Assembly (NCBI GenBank): GCA_934667065.1
Contig: CAKULD010000001.1
Location: forward strand, 145,105-209,104
Source of the DNA: an uncultured Collinsella sp.
GTDB taxonomy: Bacteria > Actinomycetota > Coriobacteriia > Coriobacteriales > Coriobacteriaceae
DNA: 64,000 nucleotides
Direction: 5' to 3'
How positions within the stretch are numbered: the first letter of the stretch is position 1; each line of letters begins with the position of its first letter. Positions 1 through 7,574 of this stretch are shown one piece after another. Made by a program: the position numbers and the translations under genes. The notes beneath the pieces were generated by a model. That model was given only the letters and a program-made list of their open reading frames with translations, had not been told where the DNA came from and ran no database searches.

Positions 1-259
1 CGATCTGCGACACATCGGTGAGCGAGACCTCACAGGTGTCGTGGCCGTCAACCATGACGGAGCCAAAGAAGGTGCCGGTAAAGTGGTGGGGTACGGCTCC
101 CGACAGGCAGGCGGCAAGCGTGGATTTGCCTGCGCCCGAAGGCCCGATGATGCCGATAAAGTCTCCCTTGTTCACGTCGAGCGAGATGTGCTTAAGCGCC
201 TGCTCGGTCTGCGTGCCATAGGAGAACGAGACATCGTCGACGTTGATGATCGTTTCCAT
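1..259 (-). CDS. ABC/ECF-type transporter ATP-binding protein, N-terminal fragment (gene continues past the window edge)
   Basis: Absent from the ORF track because it is truncated. The reverse strand from ATG (comp. 257-259) reads METIINVDDVSFSYGTQTEQALKHISLDVNKGDFIGIIGPSGAGKSTLAACLSG..., with Walker A GPSGAGKST. It lies directly downstream of two S-component-like genes. Confidence 0.8.
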   Translation of the reverse strand, partial: METIINVDDVSFSYGTQTEQALKHISLDVNKGDFIGIIGPSGAGKSTLAACLSGAVPHHFTGTFFGSVMVDGHDTCEVSLTDVSQI

Positions 260-389
260 GGATACCTTTCATAGTCATCGGGGACGTTCTTACACGACGA
301 GTCGTCTATGAACGTCCCCAAAAGCTAGCTGTTTGGGACAGTCCTTAGTGACGGGGCCGCTAGCGCGCGGCCCCGTCCATCATATCAGG

Positions 390-941
390 CTATTTGTTGA
401 GCACCTTGCGCAGGGGGAAGAAGAGGGCCTGGACCACGACGGCGTTGAAGACGGCAGTGCCGAGCACAATGGGCACCTTGGCGAGCGCCGTGGGCAGCGC
501 GGCACCCATGATGACGGTGCCCAGGACGGCGAAGAGGGCACCCGAGACCAAGGTGGTGAGCAGGCCGGCGATGAAGGGGTTGAGCTTGCTGCCGCCGATG
601 TTGGACTTGACGAGCGCGGCCATGGTCAGCGCACCGGCGAGTTCGGTGACAAAGTTGAGGCCAGGGATCGACGTGGTGATTTGGATGACGGCGGCGGACA
701 GGATGCCAAAGATGGCGGCCTGGGCAAAGTTCGCCTGCGTGAGCGCGATGGCTAGGGCATAGGCGGCAATGATGAACTGCGGCTTGATGCCCGTTGCGGC
801 AAGCGCGTTGCCGACGGTCATGTTGAGGATAAAGCCGGCGGCAAGCAGGACGGCGAGTAGGACGAGCGAGGTGATATCAAGGATGCCCTTGTCGGAAGCG
901 GCGTTGGCGGAAATAGTACGAGCCTGGGTGTTGGTGGCCAT
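390..941 (-). CDS. TrpP-family (tryptophan-type) ECF transporter S component, paralog 1
   Basis: 183-aa polytopic membrane ORF with AAGGAG 6 nt upstream of the ATG. It shares the blocks LLAAGFILN, SAAVIQITT and TAVFNA with the ORF at 1150-1722. From memory, the layout resembles B. subtilis TrpP/YhaG. Confidence 0.7.
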   Translation of the reverse strand: MATNTQARTISANAASDKGILDITSLVLLAVLLAAGFILNMTVGNALAATGIKPQFIIAAYALAIALTQANFAQAAIFGILSAAVIQITTSIPGLNFVTELAGALTMAALVKSNIGGSKLNPFIAGLLTTLVSGALFAVLGTVIMGAALPTALAKVPIVLGTAVFNAVVVQALFFPLRKVLNK

Positions 942-1149
942 GATGTTCTCCTTAAGGTGGGATTTGAGATAAGAGTGTCCTAGACCCCCACGAAAGGGGT
1001 TAAATCGAAAAGGGGATTAATTTTGAATAATGGAGCACGGAGACGGCTTTGCGAGGGGCCCACGTTGGCGCGAAAGAGGAGCGAAGCGTACTTGGGTACG
1101 CGAGCGACGAATGAACGCCAAGATGGGGTGGCTCGTAAAGCCGAGTGGG

Positions 1150-1722
1150 TTAGTTGAGCTTCAGGGCCTTCTGGATGGGCAGGTAGAGGGCACCGACCAG
1201 AATGGCGTTAAAGACGGCGGTCATGGCGACGACGGGAAGCATGGCGGCGGCGAGCTCGCCCACCACGCCGAGCATGGCCATCTTGATGACCATGAAGATG
1301 ACGCCGGAGACAAAGGTGGTCACGAAGGTGGCGACAATAGCGACAGCGGGCTTAACCTGGCCCTTCTTGCCGGCGGCGTTGACGATGGCGGCCATGAGCA
1401 TGGCGGCGATGCCCTCGGCGGCAAAATCGATGAACGGCGAGGTGGTGGTGATCTGGATCACGGCGGCCGAGATAAGGCCGATGACGAGTGCCTGACCGAT
1501 GTTGGGGCGCACGACCAGGATGGTGAGGCAGAAGGCCGAGATGATGAACTCGGGGCTGATCATGCCGCCCGAGATACCCGAGATGGCCTTGCCGACGGTG
1601 AAGTTGAGGATAAAGCCGGCGGCAAGCAGAATGGCGAGCAGGACGAGGGCGCGGACGTCAAGTTTGCCGCGGTCGGCGGCCTGGACGGTGCGGGGCTGGG
1701 TGGCGGTGGTGTTCTGAGACAT
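1150..1722 (-). CDS. TrpP-family (tryptophan-type) ECF transporter S component, paralog 2
   Basis: 190-aa polytopic membrane ORF. The segment GGMISPEFII...LVIGLISAAVIQITT resembles the B. subtilis TrpP core GGMKPDMMLI...LVIGIVTGIISALTT (from memory). It is preceded by a Trp-codon leader ORF and a terminator. Confidence 0.7.
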   Translation of the reverse strand: MSQNTTATQPRTVQAADRGKLDVRALVLLAILLAAGFILNFTVGKAISGISGGMISPEFIISAFCLTILVVRPNIGQALVIGLISAAVIQITTTSPFIDFAAEGIAAMLMAAIVNAAGKKGQVKPAVAIVATFVTTFVSGVIFMVIKMAMLGVVGELAAAMLPVVAMTAVFNAILVGALYLPIQKALKLN

Positions 1723-1793
1723 GGTAAAGATCCTTTCGGAAGGGGAGTGTAAGAGAAAAGCGGAGGCGCGTGATGCGAATGCGATCGGGCTCG

Positions 1794-1829
1794 AGATAGA
1801 AAAAGGCCCCCGGTCGAAACCGGAGGCCT
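1794..1829 (-). terminator. Intrinsic terminator inside the 5' leader of the TrpP-type genes (attenuator)
   Basis: The minus-strand RNA forms an 11-bp stem AGGCCUCCGGU-UUCG-ACCGGGGGCCU (one U-G pair, UUCG tetraloop) followed by UUUUUCUAUCU. It sits between the leader ORF stop (1867) and the transporter start (1722). Confidence 0.8.
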
Positions 1830-1866
1830 TCCAATCACCTAGAGCGCAAAAACAGGCGTGAGGGAC

Positions 1867-1935
1867 TCACTGTCGACCGATCGTATTCGCATCACGCCAC
1901 CACCAGTTGTTGAGAGACTCCATCGTGTTCTTCAT
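1867..1935 (-). CDS. Leader peptide MKNTMESLNNWWWRDANTIGRQ with three consecutive Trp codons
   Basis: 22 codons plus TGA. The SD AAAGGAG (comp. 1944-1950) lies 8 nt upstream of the ATG (comp. 1933-1935). UGG UGG UGG is at comp. 1897-1905. The ORF is shorter than the 60-aa cut-off of the ORF track. Confidence 0.7.
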   Translation of the reverse strand: MKNTMESLNNWWWRDANTIGRQ

Positions 1936-1993
1936 GTTGGTGGCTCCTTTCGTGATGCCGTGGCGCGGTCGCACCTAGTTGCTGTTGCGCTGC

Positions 1994-2002
1994 ACTATAG
2001 CA
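1994..2002 (-). promoter_or_regulatory. Candidate extended -10 promoter element (TGCTATAGT) for the leader/TrpP operon
   Basis: Reverse complement of actatagca. It lies about 60 nt upstream of the leader ATG. The -35 is poor (TTCCCC). Confidence 0.4.
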
Positions 2003-2020
2003 CAGCAAAGTGTGTGCGGG

Positions 2021-2043
2021 GAAATCTTTTTTGAAAAGATTTC
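2021..2043. promoter_or_regulatory. Perfect AT-rich palindrome GAAATCTTTT-TTG-AAAAGATTTC
   Basis: 10-bp arms with a 3-nt centre. It lies between the C69 gene terminator and the -35 position of the candidate leader promoter, so it is either an operator or an auxiliary terminator. Confidence 0.35.
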
Positions 2044-2063
2044 AGCGATGTTTCCCGCCGGTC

Positions 2064-2099
2064 AAAAGGACGGGCGGGACGAACCGTGCCATCCCGCCC
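2064..2099 (-). terminator. Intrinsic terminator after the C69 peptidase gene
   Basis: The minus strand forms GGGCGGGA-loop-UCCCGCCC followed by GUCCUUUU, 15 nt after the stop codon. Confidence 0.65.
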
Positions 2100-2113
2100 G
2101 CACCAGTGAGGGA

Positions 2114-4072
2114 TTACTCCTTGTTGCGGCGATAGAGGATATAACCGCCTGCGGAGATGACGGCAACGCCAGCGATGGCGAATGCGGCCACCATGCGGCC
2201 ATCAAAACGATCGCCAGTGGTGGGCAGGCCGCCCTTGGTGTTCGTCTTATTGGTGGTTACCGTGGTCGTGGTGTTGTCCGACTTGCCGGGCTTCTCAGGC
2301 TTGGCAGCGGGCTGCTCGGGCTTAGCGGGCTGCTCAGGCTTCTCGGGGGTGCTGGGCTGTTCGGGCTTGCCGGGCTGATCCGGGGTGCCGGGCTGATCCG
2401 GGGTGACCGGGTCGGTGGCAAGGGCGTCCTTGGCGTAGGTGATGGACTCCTTGAGGCCGTTGGTCTCGGTGTTCAGATCACTCGGGGTGAAGCGTTCGTC
2501 AAAGTTTCCGGCCTTCTGATAGGCGCGCATCTCCTGGAGCAGGGCCTTGCACTTCTTGTAGGTGTTCTCGGTAGCAGCATTGCCGGCCTTGTTGGCCAGG
2601 GCGGTGCGGCCCTCGGTGGTCGTTTCGGCCAGCATGGCGGCGTCAACTTCCTTGTTCTGCTCGATGAGCTCATTCTGGAGCGCGTCGAGGTAGGCGCGGA
2701 CACCGACGCCAAGGGTGTCAGGGTTCTCAAAGCAGAGCGAGCTGATGTCCATGAGGACGTAGTTGATGGAGTTCTCCGGCTCCTCGTTGTACACGACGTC
2801 AGTCTGTTTGCAGTGATCGAAGGAGACGGTCTGGTCGCTGAAGTACGGGCTGACCTCAGTCATCAGAGCGGAGTACAGCGGGATGGCGACAGAGTACGCG
2901 GCACGGGAGAGCATCTCCCACTGGATGGTAGCGACTTCGGGATCATACCCGCGACGAATTTGGAAGAGATTGATCTCGGTGTTACGCTCGCTGCCGATGG
3001 CGTAGACGCCGTCAGTGTTGGCGTTAAGGCCAGGGACGCTTTCGCCGCGGTTGCCAAAGGCGCGAATCAGTTCAAAGGTGCTCCAACCAGACTTGCTAGG
3101 CTTGAAGAACAGGGGCTGGATTTCGCTGACCATAGCTCCCTTTTGGGTGGGTTTTCCTTCCTTCTCAACTGTGATAATTTCGTAATCCGTGCCTTCGGTC
3201 AGCGGATTTGCAAAATAATCGCGACCTTGCACATAGCGAGACCACTGGTGAACGCCGGAATCGGCGAGGCTTTCGCCATAGGTCTTGGCAACGTCGAACT
3301 TGCCGTCGGTGTACTCGGCAAAGCCCTTCTCCACAGGCATGGACTCGATGCCCTCGGAGTGGAGGCAATTCTTGGTGTCATTGAGGTCGACATCGTAGTT
3401 GAGGCTACCGATATTGGGGTTGACCGAGGCGACGTCGTCAGCGAGCTTCATGGCAATCCACTGATGGGCGGAAAGCGTGGCGAACAGCCAGGTCTCGTTG
3501 TTGTCGGCGATGATGATCTGGTCGTTGGTGCAGACGCCTTGATCGTCGATCAGGCTGCCGAGGAGCTCGACGCCCTCGCGGGCCGTGGCGCTCTCGCCCA
3601 GGATGATGCTGCCGTAGCTATATTCGCCCAGACCTACTTCCTCATCGATGGGGTCTGCTGCTTCGGCATCCTCGTTATAGGAAGTGCTCAGCGTGGCAGA
3701 GCAGGACACGCCCTTCTCGTTGATTCCGGCCTCGGAGTAGGCATCGGTGCGGCCATACCAGTTTGAGGGATGGTCACGTACATAGCTGTAGCGATAGGTG
3801 GGCTTGTTCGAGGTGTATTCAAAAGCAGATTCAACCGAGCTGTACGTAAAGCCAGCTTCGTGGGCAGGCTCGATGCCGAAGTGCTTGAGGTAGCGCTTGC
3901 CAAAGTCCTCGGCACGGCCATAGTACGTGTTGCCGTCTGCCGTAAGGTTTTTGCCCATGTACATCTGCGTGCAGGCGAGCGCAGAGGTCGGCATGGACAT
4001 GATGGTTGCAGCTCCAAATGCGAGGCCTATGCCAAGCTTTTTGAGCGCGTTGACGGGGTGAGTTTTCCTCAT
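2114..4072 (-). CDS. C69-family dipeptidase, secreted and LPXTG cell-wall anchored
   Basis: A signal peptide is followed by ALACTQMYMG (the C69 N-terminal Cys nucleophile context). A Pro-rich linker PDQPGTPDQPGKPEQPSTPEKPEQPAKPEQP precedes a C-terminal LPTTG, a hydrophobic stretch and RRNKE. I chose the MRK start (GGGAGGG SD); the ORF extends to 4087. Confidence 0.85.
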   Translation of the reverse strand: MRKTHPVNALKKLGIGLAFGAATIMSMPTSALACTQMYMGKNLTADGNTYYGRAEDFGKRYLKHFGIEPAHEAGFTYSSVESAFEYTSNKPTYRYSYVRDHPSNWYGRTDAYSEAGINEKGVSCSATLSTSYNEDAEAADPIDEEVGLGEYSYGSIILGESATAREGVELLGSLIDDQGVCTNDQIIIADNNETWLFATLSAHQWIAMKLADDVASVNPNIGSLNYDVDLNDTKNCLHSEGIESMPVEKGFAEYTDGKFDVAKTYGESLADSGVHQWSRYVQGRDYFANPLTEGTDYEIITVEKEGKPTQKGAMVSEIQPLFFKPSKSGWSTFELIRAFGNRGESVPGLNANTDGVYAIGSERNTEINLFQIRRGYDPEVATIQWEMLSRAAYSVAIPLYSALMTEVSPYFSDQTVSFDHCKQTDVVYNEEPENSINYVLMDISSLCFENPDTLGVGVRAYLDALQNELIEQNKEVDAAMLAETTTEGRTALANKAGNAATENTYKKCKALLQEMRAYQKAGNFDERFTPSDLNTETNGLKESITYAKDALATDPVTPDQPGTPDQPGKPEQPSTPEKPEQPAKPEQPAAKPEKPGKSDNTTTTVTTNKTNTKGGLPTTGDRFDGRMVAAFAIAGVAVISAGGYILYRRNKE

Positions 4073-4299
4073 ATTCCCTCCCAGCATGCGAAAGCCCTCT
4101 GTCGCCAGAGGGCTTCAGCCAATAAAGACACTCCCTTAGCGTAACGAATCGGAAACAATATTCATCTATGAAAAATGCTTACTCGATAAGCGTAATGAAA
4201 TATGCGATGAGCGGTTAAATATACTCAGTTTGTAGCTTTAGCCAAATAAAGACACCTGCAATTACTGCATCTGGATAAAGCGTCTGGAAATACCGAAAT

Positions 4300-4341
4300 G
4301 AAAAATCCCCCGCTGTTTGGCAAATGCATAAACAGCGGGGG
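4300..4341 (-). terminator. Intrinsic terminator after the lipid kinase / small-peptide operon
   Basis: The minus strand forms UCCCCCGCUGUUU-loop-AAACAGCGGGGGA followed by UUUUUCAUUUC. Confidence 0.75.
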
Positions 4342-4377
4342 AGACGATAATTGGATGAATATCATACCAATGTGGAG

Positions 4378-4470
4378 TTACTTCTTCCGGCGGTGAATCA
4401 CGTTAATCGCGTAGCCGACGAGCATGGCCAAAACGATGACGATAAAGCCGAGCAGGGGATTGTCGTTCAT
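4378..4470 (-). CDS. 30-aa single-TM peptide MNDNPLLGFIVIVLAMLVGYAINVIHRRKK
   Basis: The strong SD AGGAGGA overlaps the TAG stop of the upstream lipid kinase gene, with a 5-nt spacer to the ATG. The peptide has a hydrophobic core and a basic C-terminus and is followed by the terminator. It is below the ORF-track cut-off. Confidence 0.55.
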   Translation of the reverse strand: MNDNPLLGFIVIVLAMLVGYAINVIHRRKK

Positions 4471-4479
4471 GGGGTCCTC

Positions 4480-5397
4480 CTATTTACCAAGCGGTGAGAA
4501 TTCGTCGACGATCAGGTCGAGACATTGCGGAAGCGCGCGGGCGCCAAAGACGCCGGAGTTGCTGGAGATAATCTCGCCATCGAACTGCATGCCCAGCGAT
4601 GGTGTACAGGTAATCTTAGCTTCCTTGGTCTGGATGATCTTGAACTGCGGGCGACCGAGCACCTTGCCGGCGGGGTCGAGCGCAGCGGTGATCACGGTGG
4701 GCAGCAACTGCACGGTTTTTACGGGCTCGATGACCGCGATGTCGACCATGCCGTCGTTCATGCGACAGTCGGGGAACAGGTTGATGTCGTTTTGGATGAC
4801 CGAGGTGTTGCCTGCCATGCAGCAGATGCCGTCTAGCTCCTCGACAATGCCGTCATGCTCAATCGTAAAGTGCGCCACTGTGGGATTGGGCGTGGCAAGC
4901 GCCGACAGGAAGTAGGCGATCTCGCCGATGTCGTTTTTGGTGGGGGCGGCCTTCATCATAATCTCGGCATCGTAGCCCGAGCCGGCGATGATGATAAAGC
5001 CGTGGCGCTTCTCGTTGCCGTCCTCGTCGAGCCAAAAGAGCTCACCCATGTCGACCTTGACCGTGCGGCCTGCGCGGCAGGCCTTGGCGAGTGCCGCCGC
5101 CTCGGGGGCATTGCCGATGTTGTTGAAGAACAGGCATGCCGTGCCAGAGGGAAAGACGAGTGTGGGGACGCCGCATCCGCGCATCTGGTCGAGCACATTG
5201 GAGACGGTGCCGTCGCCACCCGAGACCACCACGCGATCGAACTCGCGCACGTCTGCCACGGCGTCTTCGGGCTCCATACCGTCGCCGATAAAGCGCATCA
5301 CGACCTCGTCGCCGCCCTGCGAGAGGGCGTGCGTGAATGCGAAGATTTCATCTGAGCTGGGGCCCGATGCCGGGTTGTGGATGATAAGGCAGCGCAT
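4480..5397 (-). CDS. Diacylglycerol/lipid kinase family protein (YegS/BmrU type)
   Basis: 305 aa. It has an N-terminal NPASG and the GGDGT motif (VVVSGGDGTVSNV). Confidence 0.85.
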   Translation of the reverse strand: MRCLIIHNPASGPSSDEIFAFTHALSQGGDEVVMRFIGDGMEPEDAVADVREFDRVVVSGGDGTVSNVLDQMRGCGVPTLVFPSGTACLFFNNIGNAPEAAALAKACRAGRTVKVDMGELFWLDEDGNEKRHGFIIIAGSGYDAEIMMKAAPTKNDIGEIAYFLSALATPNPTVAHFTIEHDGIVEELDGICCMAGNTSVIQNDINLFPDCRMNDGMVDIAVIEPVKTVQLLPTVITAALDPAGKVLGRPQFKIIQTKEAKITCTPSLGMQFDGEIISSNSGVFGARALPQCLDLIVDEFSPLGK

Positions 5398-5495
5398 ACT
5401 TACGTTCCCGTTCTGTGACTAACCGAGTATAGTTGTAAGGCAATGCCGATATCCTACCCGTGTTTTTCGGGCCTAACCTTATTCGATGGGTTGAT

Positions 5496-6629
5496 ATGTA
5501 CATTTCCACACATCAGGCTCTACTCGACTTTTGCCAGCGCGCCCGCGAGTTCGACGCGATTGCCGTCGATACCGAGTTTTTGCGCGAGCGCACGTTCCAT
5601 CCGCGTCTGTGCCTGGTTCAGATTGCCACCCCTGCCGAGAGCGTCGCGGTCGACCCCCTGGTGATCGACGACCTGTCGCCGCTCGCCGAGCTTATGGCCG
5701 ATGAGAGCGTAACCAAAGTGTTCCACGCCTGCTCGCAGGATATGGAGGTCATGCTCCATACTGTGGGCGTGCTGCCACGTCCTATTTTTGATACGCAGGT
5801 GGCCGCCGCCTTTTTGGGCGAGCGCCAGCAGATTTCCTACGGCGCGCTCGTGCAGACGTTTTGCGGCGTATCGCTGCCCAAGACCGAGTCGCTGACCGAC
5901 TGGTCGCGCCGTCCGCTGACCGACAAGCAGATTGAGTACGCGATCGATGACGTCAAGTACTTAATCGTGGCCTATACCGAGATGATGAGCCGTCTGCGTG
6001 AGCTGGGCCGCGTGGACTGGGTGCTCGACGAGCTACGCCCGCTGGCCGACGAGTCGCACTATCGCGCCGACCGTCACGAGGCATTCCGTAAGGTCAAGCG
6101 CATCAACTCCTGCAGCCGCCATCAGCTGGGTATTGCGCGCGAGCTTGCCGCCTGGCGCGAGGACCGTGCCGAGCGCCGCAACATCCCGCGCAAGTGGGTC
6201 ATGTCCGACGATACGCTGCTGGCGCTCGTCAAGCGCAATCCCGTGCGCGTCGAGGAGTTCCGCAGTATCCGCGGTACCGATCAGCTGGGGGAGCGCGACG
6301 TGGACGGCGCGCTCATGGCCATCAAGCGCGGCGCGAGCTGCCCGCACGATCGCCTGCCGCTCATGGTGCGCGGGCATCGCCAGATCTCGCCGGAGCTGGA
6401 GAGCGTGACCGATCTTATGTATGCGCTCATTCGCTTGGTTGCCGAGCGCTCGGGCGTGGCAACCTCGGTCATTGCCTCGCGCGATGACCTTGCCGACTAT
6501 ATTGAGCATCCCGAGCAGAGTCCCTTGCGCGAAGGCTGGCGCTTTGAGCTCGTGGGCTCGCGCCTGGACGATCTGCTTTCGGGCAACATGGGGTTGACGG
6601 TCAAAGACGGCAAAATCGAGCTGCTATAG
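5496..6629 (+). CDS. rnd: Ribonuclease D
   Basis: DEDD exonuclease motifs (AVDTEF, HACSQD, YAIDDV) plus an HRDC-like C-terminal half. The ATG at 5496 is preferred over the GTG at 5460. Confidence 0.85.
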   Translation: MYISTHQALLDFCQRAREFDAIAVDTEFLRERTFHPRLCLVQIATPAESVAVDPLVIDDLSPLAELMADESVTKVFHACSQDMEVMLHTVGVLPRPIFDTQVAAAFLGERQQISYGALVQTFCGVSLPKTESLTDWSRRPLTDKQIEYAIDDVKYLIVAYTEMMSRLRELGRVDWVLDELRPLADESHYRADRHEAFRKVKRINSCSRHQLGIARELAAWREDRAERRNIPRKWVMSDDTLLALVKRNPVRVEEFRSIRGTDQLGERDVDGALMAIKRGASCPHDRLPLMVRGHRQISPELESVTDLMYALIRLVAERSGVATSVIASRDDLADYIEHPEQSPLREGWRFELVGSRLDDLLSGNMGLTVKDGKIELL

Positions 6630-6754
6630 TTACGCGGTTTTGCCAGGCGCTGCAAACGTTCTAGTGCGGTAATGCCGAAACATCGATGCTGACTTGCTGG
6701 TCGGCTGAATGGGTAGAATGCCTCCAACGTGTAACTCGATTCGGAGGAATTCGC

Positions 6755-7459
6755 ATGCCTTATTACTATGGATACGGCTTTGGCATCGACCCGCTGTACC
6801 TGCTGGTTGTTCTTGTCTGTACGGTGCTCGGTCTTGCCGCGCAGAGTTATATCAACTCGACGTACAAGACGTGGTCCAAGGTGCGCTCGGACGGCGACAC
6901 GGGTGCTACGGTCGCTCGCCGCATGCTCGACGCCAACGGCTGCATCGCGGTGGGCATCAAGGGTGTCGCCGGCGAGCTCACCGACCACTACAACCCGCAG
7001 GATAACAACCTGTATCTTTCGGACGCCAACCGTTCGGGTGGGTCGGTCGCAAGCGTTGCCGTCGCCTGCCACGAGGCGGGTCATGCCGCCCAGCGTCAAA
7101 GTGGCTACGCCATGATGAAGGTTCGCACCGCTTTGGTCCCCGTCGTCAACTTTACCCAGAACACCTGGACGATCGTGCTGCTCATGGGCCTGTTCATGAA
7201 CATCGCGGGACTCACGACCCTCGCACTGATCTTCTTTTCGTTTAGCGTGCTGTTCCAGCTGGTTACGCTTCCGGTCGAGATCGATGCCAGCCGCCGCGCT
7301 GTGGCCTACATTGAGCAGTCGGGCATGAGCTCCAAGCAGGTTAACGGTGCCAAGAAGGTGCTGACGGCAGCTGCGCTCACCTATGTGGCAGCGGCGCTCA
7401 CCTCGATTATTCAGCTGCTCTACCTTATGGCTCGTTACAACAGAAACTCCAACCGATAA
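6755..7459 (+). CDS. Putative neutral zinc metallopeptidase (membrane, Zn_peptidase_2-like)
   Basis: HEAGHAAQ zinc motif with N- and C-terminal TM segments. The start is at MPYYYGYGF, with a GGAGG SD 7 nt upstream. Confidence 0.8.
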   Translation: MPYYYGYGFGIDPLYLLVVLVCTVLGLAAQSYINSTYKTWSKVRSDGDTGATVARRMLDANGCIAVGIKGVAGELTDHYNPQDNNLYLSDANRSGGSVASVAVACHEAGHAAQRQSGYAMMKVRTALVPVVNFTQNTWTIVLLMGLFMNIAGLTTLALIFFSFSVLFQLVTLPVEIDASRRAVAYIEQSGMSSKQVNGAKKVLTAAALTYVAAALTSIIQLLYLMARYNRNSNR

Positions 7460-7475
7460 GAACTTGGACTGACAG

Positions 7476-7505
7476 GCGCCGCGGGGATTTGTGTCCCCGC
7501 GGCGC
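7476..7505 (+). terminator. GC-rich hairpin after the Zn-peptidase gene
   Basis: 12-bp stem GCGCCGCGGGGA / TCCCCGCGGCGC with a 6-nt loop. The T tract is weak. Confidence 0.5.
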
Positions 7506-7574
7506 TGTACTATGTGTGGGACTTGAATTTGCGCAGGGCCGGAGCCCTTGTGCACGATGACGAAAGGAGGCTGC

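Noticed and set aside
1723-1980. T-box or other riboswitch as the regulator of the TrpP-type genes. The segment UGGUGGUGGCG superficially resembles the T-box GGUGGNACC core.
   Set aside because: I found no stem I/specifier-loop architecture or AG bulge/distal loop. The UGG run is in frame inside a short ORF with a good SD and is followed by a stop. Leader-peptide attenuation explains the sequence more simply.
2290-2400. Repetitive DNA encoding PDQPG/PEQP units in the C69 gene (and similar units in the ppk1 tail at 28030-28260) as a possible variable-number tandem repeat or contingency locus.
   Set aside because: The units are imperfect at the DNA level and in frame. They behave like ordinary Pro-rich linker sequence, and there is no homopolymeric tract or perfect short repeat that would promote slippage.
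6721-6757. Anti-SD hairpin (CCTCC 6721-6725 pairing with GGAGG 6743-6747) as a translational switch for the Zn-metallopeptidase.
   Set aside because: The best -10 (TAGAAT 6714-6719) would place the TSS at about 6725-6727, so the CCTCC arm would lie mostly outside the transcript. The stem is also only 5 bp.
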